A stretch of 64,000 nucleotides of DNA, taken from contig CASDSU010000028.1 of assembly GCA_949283575.1 (NCBI GenBank), forward strand, positions 128,849 through 192,848, given 5' to 3'. How positions within the stretch are numbered: position 1 is the first letter of the stretch; every line of letters begins with the position of its first letter. Made by a program: the position numbers and the translations under genes. The notes under the pieces were generated by a model. That model was not told where the DNA came from. It was given only the letters and a program-made list of their open reading frames with translations, and made no database searches. This DNA comes from an uncultured Eubacteriales bacterium. GTDB lineage: Bacteria > Bacillota > Clostridia > TANB77 > UBA1234. This document shows positions 29,048 to 39,822 of this stretch, piece after piece.

Positions 29048-31372
29048 ATGAATAAAGGTGTTGAGCTTCTAGCTCCTGCAGGTACATATGAAGCATTTTT
29101 AGCAGCTGTTGAAAACGGTGCAAATGCTGTTTATATGGGCGGAAAACTTTTTAATGCACGTGCTAACGCTTCAAATTTTGATATTGATGAACTAAGAAAA
29201 ATTGTTGAATATGCGCATATTAGAAATGTTAAAATTCATATTACTATGAATACTTTGCTGGATGATACTGAAATTAGTGAGGCTTTGGATTTTGCGTATG
29301 AAATTTATAAGATTGGCGTGGATGCTGTTATTGTTCAAGATATTGGTCTTGCTAAAGTTTTACACAAACATATTCCAAATCTTGAGCTTCATGCAAGCAC
29401 TCAGCTTAGTACTCATACTTTAGAAGGTGTAAACGAACTTGCTAAAATTGGATTTTCTAGAGTCGTTCTTGCCCGAGAACTTTCAATTGACGAGATTAAA
29501 TATATTGTTGAAAATACAAATATTGAAATTGAAATTTTTGCTCATGGTGCACAATGTATTTCATATTCTGGTCAATGCCTTATGAGCAGTATGATTGGAG
29601 ATCGTAGCGGTAATCGCGGAAAATGCGCGCAACCTTGTCGCCTTCCATATAAGCTTATTAAAAACAGAAACGAAATCGGCGCTGGATATCTTTTAAGCCC
29701 AAAAGATTTATCTACTTTGGAAATTTTAAAAGAGATTCCAAATGTTGCTTCACTTAAAATCGAAGGCCGTATGAAATCACCTGAATATGTTGCTACTGTA
29801 ATTGGAACATACAGAAAATATTTAGATAAAGTTGAAGAGTCTAATGAACTTGAAATTTCTGATGAAGATAAACAAGATTTAATTCAAATTTTTAATCGTG
29901 GCGGTTTTTCAAAAGCTTATCTTAAAGGAAAAACCGGACGCGATGTGATGTGCTATGAAAAGCCAAAACATTGGGGTACATACGTTGGAAAAGTTACTGC
30001 ATATGATGGAAAACGTTATATTACCCTAGATGATATTTCAAAAATTAATATTGGAGATGGAATCGAAGTTTGGAACGGTTCAAACAATTCTCCTTCAACT
30101 ATCGTTAGCGAAATTGTTAAAAACAAAATTGGAAGAATCCGTGGAGAAATTCATGTTGGAGATAAAGTTTATAAAACTTCGGATAAGGCTTTGAATCAAA
30201 AAGCAAGAGAAACTTTTTCACGTGGATTCGTTAGAAAAAGTAATGTTTGCATTAGTTTAAAAATTCTAAAGGGTAAAAATATACTTGTTAAAATAAATGA
30301 TTTTGAATTTGTATCTGATGTAATTCCTGAATGTGCACAAAATCAGTCTTTAAGCGAAGAAAAAATCAAAACTCAATTTTGTAAAACTGGAAATACACCT
30401 TTTGAAGTTTCAACAATTGATTTAAGTTTAGATGACGGACTATTTTTACCTATTAGTAAAATTAATGAAATTAGAAGAAATGCATTTGACGAATATGAAA
30501 AATATTTGATTAGTCAGATGTCAAAAAATGTTGATCTTACTGAACTTACAGATATTACGCCTTATCACAAAGAAATAAAAGAGATTTCGGTATTTTTCAA
30601 TATTTTGAAAGAAGAATATTTAAATTTAAAAAACGTAGATAATTATTATTTCGCTTTCAAAGATGTTATAAAAAATATTGATTTGATTCAAAAATTTGAA
30701 GGTAAAAAATTCATTTTACTTCCTTCAATTACAAAAGCAAATTACGCAAAACTTATCAAAAATAATATTAAGGATTTGGCTACAAAAGTGGATGGATTTG
30801 TTTTATCAAACATCGGTCAACTTGAATATTTGAAAGGTATTGATACTATCTTGATTGCTAATTACACTTTCAATACGTTTAATACATATACAATTGATGA
30901 GTTGCAATCGCTTGGATTTGATATGGTTACATTGTCACCTGAGCTTGCAAAACATCAAATAAATTCACTTGGTGGAAATTTAAAACGAGAAATAATTGCA
31001 TATGGAAACACTTGTGTTATGACTTCTGAATACTGCCCTGTCGGTGCAATTGCTGGCAAGTTTACATCTAAAAACAAATGCTCAATGCCTTGCAAAGATT
31101 GTTATGACAATAAACATCCAGACAAATATTTTTTACGTGACCGTATGAATATGGATTTTCGAGTTTTACCAGATAATATAGACTGTCAATCTAGAATATT
31201 CAATGCAAAAATAACATCGATTGAAACTTCTGATTTAAATGTTGACAGTATTCGTTTAGATATAATAGACGAGCCTCTACGCGAAATTCAAAAAATCATT
31301 GATACACATCGTAGCGGCAAAAAAATGTCAGGAGAAAATTATACAAATGGACATTTAAATAGACCTGTTTAA
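29048..31372 (+). CDS. U32 family peptidase (long form with C-terminal extension)
   Basis: LLAPAG, E-x-H.. GAQC, CxxC-rich U32 signature; 774 aa; RBS AAGGAGGA. Confidence 0.85.
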   Translation: MNKGVELLAPAGTYEAFLAAVENGANAVYMGGKLFNARANASNFDIDELRKIVEYAHIRNVKIHITMNTLLDDTEISEALDFAYEIYKIGVDAVIVQDIGLAKVLHKHIPNLELHASTQLSTHTLEGVNELAKIGFSRVVLARELSIDEIKYIVENTNIEIEIFAHGAQCISYSGQCLMSSMIGDRSGNRGKCAQPCRLPYKLIKNRNEIGAGYLLSPKDLSTLEILKEIPNVASLKIEGRMKSPEYVATVIGTYRKYLDKVEESNELEISDEDKQDLIQIFNRGGFSKAYLKGKTGRDVMCYEKPKHWGTYVGKVTAYDGKRYITLDDISKINIGDGIEVWNGSNNSPSTIVSEIVKNKIGRIRGEIHVGDKVYKTSDKALNQKARETFSRGFVRKSNVCISLKILKGKNILVKINDFEFVSDVIPECAQNQSLSEEKIKTQFCKTGNTPFEVSTIDLSLDDGLFLPISKINEIRRNAFDEYEKYLISQMSKNVDLTELTDITPYHKEIKEISVFFNILKEEYLNLKNVDNYYFAFKDVIKNIDLIQKFEGKKFILLPSITKANYAKLIKNNIKDLATKVDGFVLSNIGQLEYLKGIDTILIANYTFNTFNTYTIDELQSLGFDMVTLSPELAKHQINSLGGNLKREIIAYGNTCVMTSEYCPVGAIAGKFTSKNKCSMPCKDCYDNKHPDKYFLRDRMNMDFRVLPDNIDCQSRIFNAKITSIETSDLNVDSIRLDIIDEPLREIQKIIDTHRSGKKMSGENYTNGHLNRPV

Positions 31373-31376
31373 CAAA

Positions 31377-31445
31377 TGGACAAAAGCCCCGTCCCCTTGT
31401 CCACAAAAAAGAAACGACCATCCACAGATAGTCGTTTCTTTTTTG
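31377..31445. terminator. two tandem hairpins between convergent genes
   Basis: TGGACAA-N13-TTGTCCA and GAAACGAC-N12-GTCGTTTC followed by T7. Confidence 0.55.
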
Positions 31446-31478
31446 TGTAATCAAACCTTAAACATACTCTTTCGAGCG

Positions 31479-33134
31479 TCAGCTCTTGAGGTAGTTATAC
31501 AGGTTTACAAAGTACTCTTCAACCATGCGGCCAGTAGAATACTGCTTTGCCGTCATGATAGAGGCATACATCATGTTCATCCAAATCGGCTTGTTCTCGT
31601 AAGTCGGCAGGACTTCGTACTTCAGCACATGCATGAGCGCCTTAGCATCGTTCTCATCCTGGAAGTTGCTTCCGAACTCACCATTGCCGATGTTGAAGCC
31701 ATTGACGCCATGGTATGCAGCTTCACGCCACCAGCCGTCAAGCGTACTGACGTTGAGCGTGCCGTTCATGGCAGCCTTCATGCCGGAAGTACCACATGCC
31801 TCAAGCGGTACACGCGGGTTGTTGAGCCAAACATCGGCACCAGCAACCAGCTTCTGAGCCAGTTCAATGTTGTAACCTTCAAGGAAAACAACATTATTCG
31901 GATACTGCTTAGAGAGATGGTAGATTTCCGAGATGAACCCCTTACCGCTGGTATCATGGCGATGAGCCTTACCAGTAAACACGATCTGCATGTCGTAAGT
32001 CTTGATCAGATACTCAAAGCGAGCCTTTTCGCGGAAAATCAGATTCCAGCGCTTGTACTCAGTTGCACGGCGAGCAAAAGCAATCAAGATGCTTTCCTGC
32101 CTAAACTGAACACCAGTGCGAAGCTTAATTTCTTTGATCAGGTCAGCCTTACAGTGTTCATGAGCACCATAAATCCCCTGAACACTCTTGGCTTCAAAGG
32201 CTTGCTTGATGCTCGGATTCCACCAAGTACCCGGATGTACACCGTTGGTGATAGCGATAAAGTTCGGAGCACCGTCAACCCAGTGCCACATATCCTTCGC
32301 CGCCATAACCTGAAGACGAGACACACCATTGGCCATGGAAGCCAGACGCAGAGACGCAACCGTCATACCGAAAGGATTGCCACCAATACGTTCAAGCTGA
32401 GCATGCGTAAGTCCGGCATTTGCGCCAACCTCCATCAGAAGGTCAACAGAATGAGATTCGTTGCCAGCCGGAACATTCGTATGAGTGGTAAACGCCGTAC
32501 GATCCTTGACATGGCGCCAGGCACGCTGGAAGCGTTCTTCATCAGACATACCAGACTCATGCAAACGATAATGCTCCATGCGCTGAGAAATGAGTTCAAG
32601 ACCAGCAAAAGCCGGATGACCATCGTTGTAATGATAGCCATCAATCTGAAGGCCAAGAGCATCGATTGCGCGCACACCGCCAATACCAAGAACGATTTCC
32701 TGAGCAATACGTTCCTTCTCAGCGTGATCCCAAGCACCACCATAGAGATAATGGGTGATGTTACAGAACTCACCATTCTTCTCCATGTCAGTGTCGAGAT
32801 AGTAAACAGGACCGTTCTTCAGCTTCCAAATCTTAACGGCAACAGGCTTGCCAAAGATGGAAACTTCTACTTCCTTGCCAGTATCTTCGAGATACCTCTC
32901 CCAGGCATTACCCTGAGGTTCACGATCCGTGACTTCACCGCGTTCATTCACGCGCTGCATGCTGTAGCCCTTCTTCCACAGGATATGAAAGAAAGTAATA
33001 GGATAAAGCTTCTGATTATCCATAACCTCCTTGATCATATCGCCAGCGAGGATTTCAAGACCACCGCCGTAGGTCAGCAGATCATTATAGATGCCAGATC
33101 CCATAGAGAAATAGGCAATCCGCTTTTCATACAT
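31479..33134 (-). CDS. alpha-glucan (glycogen/maltodextrin) phosphorylase, GT35
   Basis: PLP-lysine motif EACGTSGMKAAMNG; start set at MYEKR with RBS AAGGAGG; about 50% GC versus about 30% background. Confidence 0.85.
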   Translation of the reverse strand: MYEKRIAYFSMGSGIYNDLLTYGGGLEILAGDMIKEVMDNQKLYPITFFHILWKKGYSMQRVNERGEVTDREPQGNAWERYLEDTGKEVEVSIFGKPVAVKIWKLKNGPVYYLDTDMEKNGEFCNITHYLYGGAWDHAEKERIAQEIVLGIGGVRAIDALGLQIDGYHYNDGHPAFAGLELISQRMEHYRLHESGMSDEERFQRAWRHVKDRTAFTTHTNVPAGNESHSVDLLMEVGANAGLTHAQLERIGGNPFGMTVASLRLASMANGVSRLQVMAAKDMWHWVDGAPNFIAITNGVHPGTWWNPSIKQAFEAKSVQGIYGAHEHCKADLIKEIKLRTGVQFRQESILIAFARRATEYKRWNLIFREKARFEYLIKTYDMQIVFTGKAHRHDTSGKGFISEIYHLSKQYPNNVVFLEGYNIELAQKLVAGADVWLNNPRVPLEACGTSGMKAAMNGTLNVSTLDGWWREAAYHGVNGFNIGNGEFGSNFQDENDAKALMHVLKYEVLPTYENKPIWMNMMYASIMTAKQYSTGRMVEEYFVNLYNYLKS

Positions 33135-33299
33135 GAGAATAACCTCCTTTTTCCGCATTATCTGCGAAACAGTCCAAAAGAAAAATTCCGTCTCTAAGAT
33201 ATTATCCTATTCGCCAAACTTTGACAAGCATAAAATAAAAAGTCCTGAAAATACTTGTTTACAGGGCTTTTATTTAAAGTTTATATGTAAACTGATTGG

Positions 33300-34214
33300 C
33301 TAATTTTCCAAAAATTTTATCAACTTTTCAGTCGAAATTCCTTCATGAATTGTATATCTATGTAACTTGTACAACGAATTTAAATTTCCTTTTTCAATTT
33401 TATTAATGCCATTTGTCGTTGCTAACGTAACCTTAACACCTAACTCTTTAAAGATATTATTAGCAATTTCATCTGATATACCTCTTGGATATGCAACCGC
33501 TATTGTTTCTTTTCCAATATTTTCACGAATTGCTAAAGAAATTTTTTCAAAATCCTCTCTTAAAAATTTTTCATATTCTTCCTCAGTTTCATTTTCTAGT
33601 TTTCCAATCGAAATTCTTACATTATCACCAGATTCCAAATGCTCAGCTTGGTGCATATCATATGTATGACTAATAATTGAAATTAAGCCAGACTTCTCCA
33701 TCTCTCTTGCTTTTTCATAATCAAAATGCGGAATTATCTCTATTCCCGTATTCTTATAAGTTGTAGCTCCAACCGTTGACCCTACAATAGCAATAGTAGC
33801 CTTAACATTGTATTTCTTTAAGATTGGAAATGCAATTTCATAATTACTCAAATATCCATCATCAAATGTTATACAAATAGGTTTATCCGGTAAATCCCCA
33901 CTCCCCTCAACAAAAAAGGCAACCTCTTCAAGAGAGACAGGAACATATCCATTTTCTAAAATTGTTTTCACATGTTCCTCAAAAAGTTCCGGTGTTATTG
34001 TCATTTCATTATCTGCATTATCAACAACATGATGATACATAAGTATCGGAAGATTCACAGCGGTCTTTACTGAAATATCATCGCTATTCATAACTTTTTC
34101 ATTTTCTTCTGGTATAAATTTAGTAGCAGATGCAATCACTACAATTATTGAAATTACTAAAATAAGTGTAACAACAAAAATTCTGTATATTAAATTTTTT
34201 ATTTCAAAATTCAT
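33300..34214 (-). CDS. polysaccharide deacetylase (NodB-homology) with N-terminal TM anchor
   Basis: MYHHV, TFDDGY, Arg/His catalytic motifs of the CE4 family. Confidence 0.8.
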   Translation of the reverse strand: MNFEIKNLIYRIFVVTLILVISIIVVIASATKFIPEENEKVMNSDDISVKTAVNLPILMYHHVVDNADNEMTITPELFEEHVKTILENGYVPVSLEEVAFFVEGSGDLPDKPICITFDDGYLSNYEIAFPILKKYNVKATIAIVGSTVGATTYKNTGIEIIPHFDYEKAREMEKSGLISIISHTYDMHQAEHLESGDNVRISIGKLENETEEEYEKFLREDFEKISLAIRENIGKETIAVAYPRGISDEIANNIFKELGVKVTLATTNGINKIEKGNLNSLYKLHRYTIHEGISTEKLIKFLEN

Positions 34215-34369
34215 ACAAACACCTCACAAATATTTTAGCACATGACAATAGAAATTTGGACGGTTCTTTTTTCCAAATTTATAAAAAAACAAAAAAGTAT
34301 TGTTTTTAAGTCTCAAACAATACTTTTTCATTACTTCCATCAATCTAGTCAAAAGGACTATCCCTCTTT

Positions 34370-35128
34370 CTATCTTACTGGAGCCATTAATATTTTTCCC
34401 GTTCCTCTAAATACATTTACAAGACCTTCTCCTGTAACTGTTGATCCAATTAAAGATTTACTAGATCTTTCTGTTGTTAGTGTTAAAGTATTTGACCATG
34501 CAACAGCAAAGTTTCCGTCAACCTTAATAGTATCATTTTCAAGATTAATTTCGATCAATTCACTTGGTGGAACAGGGCTCTCTAAAAGTGCTAAACCTTT
34601 TCCTTTTAAGCACAAATTAAAAATTCCTTCTCCACTTAAAACAGCAGAACTTAAATTTGTACGTCTTGCTATTTTTTGCTCAACTGTTCCATCACATGCA
34701 AGAAACATGCCGTCATCTACAACAAGTCCGCCTGCCCAATCTTCAACATTTTGAATGAATAAAAATTTATATGTTGGTTCCAATACTACTAATCCTGTAC
34801 CTTTGTATAAAGGTTTAACTGCTCCTTCACTTGTTACAGCGCCTTTAACCATTTTTCCAAATAAATCTCCAACACCTTTAATATCTGTTTGTGCTTCAAT
34901 AGCACCTGCAGTCCATTGCATAGCACCAGAAGATAAAATGCATGATGAACCTTTAAGTTCAATTACAGCTTGTCTTCTTCTAACGCCCATTTGATCGCAA
35001 TAATACAAAAGTGGTGCAACTTGTGGATTCATTGTGTAATCCTTTTGAATTTCAAAAACTCTCATAGAACCTTGTTGATCAATCAATTTAATATTTGGAT
35101 TGTCAAAATAATTTGTTACATTTATCAT
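34370..35128 (-). CDS. AIM24 family protein (DUF124)
   Basis: Length and conserved blocks (GSMRVFEI, GGLVVDDG.F.A) typical of AIM24/TIGR00266. Confidence 0.65.
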   Translation of the reverse strand: MINVTNYFDNPNIKLIDQQGSMRVFEIQKDYTMNPQVAPLLYYCDQMGVRRRQAVIELKGSSCILSSGAMQWTAGAIEAQTDIKGVGDLFGKMVKGAVTSEGAVKPLYKGTGLVVLEPTYKFLFIQNVEDWAGGLVVDDGMFLACDGTVEQKIARRTNLSSAVLSGEGIFNLCLKGKGLALLESPVPPSELIEINLENDTIKVDGNFAVAWSNTLTLTTERSSKSLIGSTVTGEGLVNVFRGTGKILMAPVR

Positions 35129-35232
35129 AAAAGCAACCTCCTTATGGAAGAATTATACATTTACGCAAAATTCATGTCAATAGTAAGAAAAATCGGCCAC
35201 TTGCGAACATCCGCAAATAACCGATTTTTATT

Positions 35233-37200
35233 CTAGTATTTAAATTCGCACAATATTCTTACTGATAAAGCCATTGCTTCCTCGATTGAAGCATTCTCTA
35301 GTGGTGCAAATAAGTTACTTGGAAATCCTTTGATTATTCCACGATTACTCATATATACAATACTTCTTGATGCCCAATCTGCTATATCCTCGTTGTCATT
35401 ATAAATAATATGTATCATAAAGTCATTCTCCGAAATGTATACTCCAGAGGCTTCAATTAAACGCATTAACATGGTTGCAATTTCTTGTCTTGTTATATTA
35501 TCATCTGGCGAAAAAGTATTAGTACTCGTACCATTTGTTATCCCCAACTTATAAGCTTTCAAAACCTCTTTATTATTAGTATCTATAAACGGATTATAAC
35601 TTGGAACCTCAGCAGTTAGACCGTTTAAAGACTCATATAAACTAACCATTGCTGATGCAAATTCTTCTCTTGTTATTTTTTCTGTAAAGTCCCTCTCATC
35701 TAAAATTTTAGGAATCAAACTTTTTTCTTTAGCTGTTGTTAACTCTGTAATCGCCCATTCAGAAGCATTTGACCATGTGTTATCTTGATTATTAATTACC
35801 TCATCATCATAATAATCGTCATAATTCTCTTCATCTTCGTACTCTTCCTCATCTTCTGCTTCATATACTTTTATTTTTACCTTTGCTGATTCACCATCAA
35901 GCATAATTTCTAAATATGTTGTTCCTTCTTTTTTACCAACCAATTTGCCATTTTTGAATGATGCAATTTTTTCATTCGAAATTACTACATTTTCATCAAG
36001 ATTTTTGATTCGAATTTTTTCAATTTTACCAGAATTATAGGTAACATTAAAAGCTATATTAGAAATCTTCTCATCTTGTTCAAGTTCAATAACGTCATCC
36101 ACCGGCTCTATATCAACAACAAAATCTAAAGTAACCAAATAGTCCCACCAGTTATTCGAATATCCATCTTCTGTATAACCTTCAACATGTGGAAATAGTG
36201 AAAACCACCATCTATGATGATCTCTACAAACTGTATTTTTATTACCAGTCGGACACCATGCTTCATAATTTGTCAAAATAGTTTCACCAGTTAAATTAGG
36301 ATAATTCTGTGCCCAATCAATCCAATCACTTTCAACATAATCCTCATTTAACCAATCATAGTCAGCTTCGCTATTAGGTGAAAAATGAATATTTCCAACA
36401 GATGCATATGTTCCTCCAGTAGAATAGGTAGTCAAACAAAATCTTTCCCACAAATTCAAACTTTCCAAATTATCTTTATCATTAATTATCATTGTATCAG
36501 GCTCGTACGAATCATAGCTTCTTCCGAAAACCTTTCTCATTACATTTTCAGCCATATGACCAAAACATTCAAAGTTTGCATCTCTTCTACTAACATAAAG
36601 CGTCATAATAACAAAATTTTCACAATCTTTCTCAATTGCAGGACCATTTACCCAATATGCACTGTCTCCAACCATTACAGTTTCATATGGATTAAGCGGA
36701 TCCACACCAACAAGCCATACTTGGTCAAATTCATCGTTATTCTTTCTTTCTATTAAGTCAAATGAATCTATAAGGTGGTCATAATCATATTGATATTGTC
36801 CAAGTTCTATTACATCCTTGTTAACCCAATAAGTTCTCCAACCATTTTTCATGTAATCAAACCACGTTTCCTCATCTAATGTATACGCTCTTTGTCCATT
36901 AACTAATTCCATTGGAATTTTACTTGTGACAAATTCATCAAAAAGCTCCCAACCAACAATTTCAACATCAACATTTCCGTGAGAACTATATTCAATATCT
37001 TCAATCATTTCATCAACTACTAAGTCAATTTCATCATCTTGTCCTAGTTGCTCAGCAGCAGTTTTACCAACACTTAAAAGCATTGGATTTTGTTCTATAA
37101 CTAAAACCCTAAGTTCCTCTGTATCAACTTTCGCAAACACTATCGAACTTGAGAAAGTCATAATCATCATTAATATAGGTATAATTTTAAATTTCTTCAT
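35233..37200 (-). CDS. secreted S-layer-homology (SLH) domain protein with Ig-like (Big_2) domain and acidic linker
   Basis: Signal peptide MKKFKIIPILMMIMTFSSSIVFA; three C-terminal SLH-type repeats (F.D......W...I); E/D/Y-rich linker. Confidence 0.75.
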   Translation of the reverse strand: MKKFKIIPILMMIMTFSSSIVFAKVDTEELRVLVIEQNPMLLSVGKTAAEQLGQDDEIDLVVDEMIEDIEYSSHGNVDVEIVGWELFDEFVTSKIPMELVNGQRAYTLDEETWFDYMKNGWRTYWVNKDVIELGQYQYDYDHLIDSFDLIERKNNDEFDQVWLVGVDPLNPYETVMVGDSAYWVNGPAIEKDCENFVIMTLYVSRRDANFECFGHMAENVMRKVFGRSYDSYEPDTMIINDKDNLESLNLWERFCLTTYSTGGTYASVGNIHFSPNSEADYDWLNEDYVESDWIDWAQNYPNLTGETILTNYEAWCPTGNKNTVCRDHHRWWFSLFPHVEGYTEDGYSNNWWDYLVTLDFVVDIEPVDDVIELEQDEKISNIAFNVTYNSGKIEKIRIKNLDENVVISNEKIASFKNGKLVGKKEGTTYLEIMLDGESAKVKIKVYEAEDEEEYEDEENYDDYYDDEVINNQDNTWSNASEWAITELTTAKEKSLIPKILDERDFTEKITREEFASAMVSLYESLNGLTAEVPSYNPFIDTNNKEVLKAYKLGITNGTSTNTFSPDDNITRQEIATMLMRLIEASGVYISENDFMIHIIYNDNEDIADWASRSIVYMSNRGIIKGFPSNLFAPLENASIEEAMALSVRILCEFKY

Positions 37201-37274
37201 AATTTACCTCCCAAACCATACATATTTTACCATATTTTAAAACACTTTTCAACATAATTAGTTAACAAAAAAAA

Positions 37275-37312
37275 CAGATAAGACCCACATTTTACTGTGA
37301 GTCTTATCTGTA
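37275..37312 (-). terminator. terminator (10-bp stem CAGATAAGAC/GTCTTATCTG)
   Basis: Perfect stem with A8 run on the + strand (T8 on the - strand). Confidence 0.5.
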
Positions 37313-37412
37313 TTCATTGTTTTTTCGACAAATAGCCGAGTTCAAATGCACTTTCTTGAGATATTCATAAGTGCAGCAAAGTTTTGTTGTTCAAAGCATC
37401 GATTGATTATTA

Positions 37413-38228
37413 TTAAGCTTCCGTGAAAGGCTTCTTGCTCAGCATACGGTTATACTTCGCAAGCTCGTGCACCTCTTCACTTTCAGAGAGCATGATAACG
37501 CCAACATCTTCAGCATTTTGGAGATACAATGCCAGTGCGACATTCAGCTCATCGTCAGTAGTCGGCGTATCAGTCATCCCACTTTCACGTTCACACATGA
37601 GCTGCTCCTTGGGAATGTCCGGAACGAGTCTGGTATATACGCGGACAAAACCGGTATAACCCGGATACGGCGCACCCGGAATATTCTGGCTCGTTTCAGC
37701 CTCCTGAAGCTTATCCAGCTCTCGCTGCGTCGTATAGAAGACCGCATCGCTCTCGAGCTTCATGTACCTCGGATCAAACCGCTGCGACAAGAAACAGCCA
37801 TACAACGAGTTAGCATAGCTCGACATTGCACTACAGTCCATGAAATACACAGCCTTCCTACAAGCATCTGCAAAATCCTCAGGAGACAAGCCATCATCCC
37901 CCTCCATCTTGCAAAGTCTTATCCTTGCTTCCTCTGCTTCCTCTTCAGAAAAGCCATATTCTTGCATCCTCCGATGCTTCCGATAATTCTTGGTCAGATA
38001 AACGATGTCAGAAACCGTCATCAAACAGACTATCATTCCGATAGAGCCGACAGTGAAATAAGCAATCCACTTCAGCACTACTCGTCCAGCCGGAACGGCC
38101 AAAAGCAGAACGCTGGCAATCAGCGTAGCAAGGAACCAACCCAGCTCATGCAAAGTACTACTAACCTGATCATAAACGTGGTTCTCGTTTTTCCAAACCT
38201 TCTTGATATACTTCCACAGATTCATCAT
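37413..38228 (-). CDS. hypothetical membrane-anchored protein (GC-richer island)
   Basis: Start at MMNLW with RBS AAGGAGGG; two TM helices; about 48% GC. Confidence 0.5.
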   Translation of the reverse strand: MMNLWKYIKKVWKNENHVYDQVSSTLHELGWFLATLIASVLLLAVPAGRVVLKWIAYFTVGSIGMIVCLMTVSDIVYLTKNYRKHRRMQEYGFSEEEAEEARIRLCKMEGDDGLSPEDFADACRKAVYFMDCSAMSSYANSLYGCFLSQRFDPRYMKLESDAVFYTTQRELDKLQEAETSQNIPGAPYPGYTGFVRVYTRLVPDIPKEQLMCERESGMTDTPTTDDELNVALALYLQNAEDVGVIMLSESEEVHELAKYNRMLSKKPFTEA

Positions 38229-38273
38229 GATGTCGCCCTCCTTGTGATTCGTGTTCTTCAAACATTCATAACA

Positions 38274-38669
38274 TCAAACGTTCGTTTTATCTTTGACTTC
38301 CAAATAAATCGGAATACCGTCATACGGCTTAAGTCCAATTTCAGCATACGACGACAACTCATACATCGGAAATAGCGTGGCATCAAAACCATGTTTTCTC
38401 ATATGAGTCATAAAATCGCGTACAACTGCCATACTCACGTAAAACTTGAACTTATTGACAGGCTTGTACTTTCGATAATGCAACCTTCCTCCATCAAAGC
38501 ACATGCTCGAATCCAGTTCATGCTGCCTGTACATTCTAAAGAAGTCAAAGAAATGCTTAATATGCATGTTCACAAACTCAACGTACTTCTGATAGTCTTC
38601 ATGAACGCTGCTTCTTGCCATGATGCACAACAATAGAAAAAACAAACACTTCTTGAACTCTAGTGGCAT
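38274..38669 (-). CDS. hypothetical protein
   Basis: RBS GAGGGGGAATG; about 40% GC. Confidence 0.5.
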   Translation of the reverse strand: MPLEFKKCLFFLLLCIMARSSVHEDYQKYVEFVNMHIKHFFDFFRMYRQHELDSSMCFDGGRLHYRKYKPVNKFKFYVSMAVVRDFMTHMRKHGFDATLFPMYELSSYAEIGLKPYDGIPIYLEVKDKTNV

Positions 38670-38675
38670 TCCCCC

Positions 38676-38762
38676 TCAAACAACAGTCTCAACCTTATCT
38701 CGGATCAGTTTTTCGACATGCTGCTTATAATTCTCGATTGTAACTTCCAATTGATTCGGCAT
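38676..38762 (-). CDS. 28-aa small ORF translationally coupled to the downstream gene
   Basis: RBS GGGGGAATAAGAGATG; stop 7 nt before the next start; MPNQLEVTIENYKQHVEKLIRDKVETVV. Confidence 0.3.
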   Translation of the reverse strand: MPNQLEVTIENYKQHVEKLIRDKVETVV

Positions 38763-39026
38763 CTCTTATTCCCCCATCGTTTGGTCACTCTGTTATCGGG
38801 CAAACACTTGAAACTTCGAGTCTAAAACAACATGAGATAATTCACCTCTTTCTTATAGTAATGATGAAATTCGCCTATTCATTATACTATTTTATGTAAA
38901 TTATCGCAAGTGAATTTAGTAATTTTTTACTATTTTCACTTTATCTTTCGCAAAAAATGCGTTTGTATAAAGATAGATTTTATGCTATTATCAAGAAAAC
39001 ATTTCGTAAACAAGGAGATAGAAGAT

Positions 39027-39806
39027 ATGCGTTTCAAAAGAATCTATATAGAAATTACAAATGTGTGCAATTTAAATTGCGATTTTTGCGCTCCACACAA
39101 TCGTGAAAATCGCTTCATGAAGATTGAGGAGTTTGAAGAAATTTTGAACAAAATTTCTACTTATACGTCACATATTTATTTGCATGTAAAAGGAGAACCA
39201 CTCCTTCATCCACAATTTCCTGAATTTGTTAAACTTGCTCATAGCAAAGGATTTCAAATAAATTTAACAACAAACGCTACTTTACTAAAAAATCATTTAG
39301 ATTTAACAAAATATTTGCGACAAATAAATATATCCTTTCATGCTACAAACAATGAAGAAATTTTAAAAACATCAAAAAACATAAAAGATTGTATTGTAAA
39401 TTATAGAATTTGGAATATAAATGAAAATGATAGTGCTCTAGCATTAATAAAAAAAGAATTCAACATTACTGAAGAAATTAATTTTGAAAAATCTCCAAAT
39501 TATACACTTGCTCCAAATATCTATTTATCAACAGCATCCAAATTCAAATGGCCATCACTTAAAGATTCAACATCTTCAAACGGCTATTGCCACGCATTAA
39601 AAGATCAAATCGCTGTTTTAGTCGATGGAACTGTTGTACCATGTTGCCTTGACAATAATGGAGATATAAATTTAGGAAACATTTTCGAAGAATCACTCGA
39701 AGACATTCTACAAAAAGAAAAAACTTTAAAGATTATAGAAAATTTCAAGAACAGAATCGCAACTGAAGAACTATGCAAAAAATGCACATACAAAAACAGA
39801 TTTTAA
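39027..39806 (+). CDS. radical SAM enzyme with C-terminal SPASM/twitch-like Cys cluster (259 aa)
   Basis: CNLNCDFC (Cx3Cx2C) 10 aa from the start at MRFKR (RBS AAGGAGA); C-terminal CHALKDQ...PCCLD..G and CKKC. Confidence 0.8.
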   Translation: MRFKRIYIEITNVCNLNCDFCAPHNRENRFMKIEEFEEILNKISTYTSHIYLHVKGEPLLHPQFPEFVKLAHSKGFQINLTTNATLLKNHLDLTKYLRQINISFHATNNEEILKTSKNIKDCIVNYRIWNINENDSALALIKKEFNITEEINFEKSPNYTLAPNIYLSTASKFKWPSLKDSTSSNGYCHALKDQIAVLVDGTVVPCCLDNNGDINLGNIFEESLEDILQKEKTLKIIENFKNRIATEELCKKCTYKNRF

Positions 39807-39822
39807 AATCAAAATTTGGAAA

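Noticed and set aside
31443-33197. 584-aa + strand ORF
   Set aside because: Antisense to the alpha-glucan phosphorylase. It has no RBS and a low-complexity S/R/L-rich product, so it is an open-frame artefact of the locally high GC.
37467-38375. 302-aa + strand ORF
   Set aside because: Antisense within the GC-richer island. The minus-strand genes have RBSs and translational coupling; this one has no RBS.
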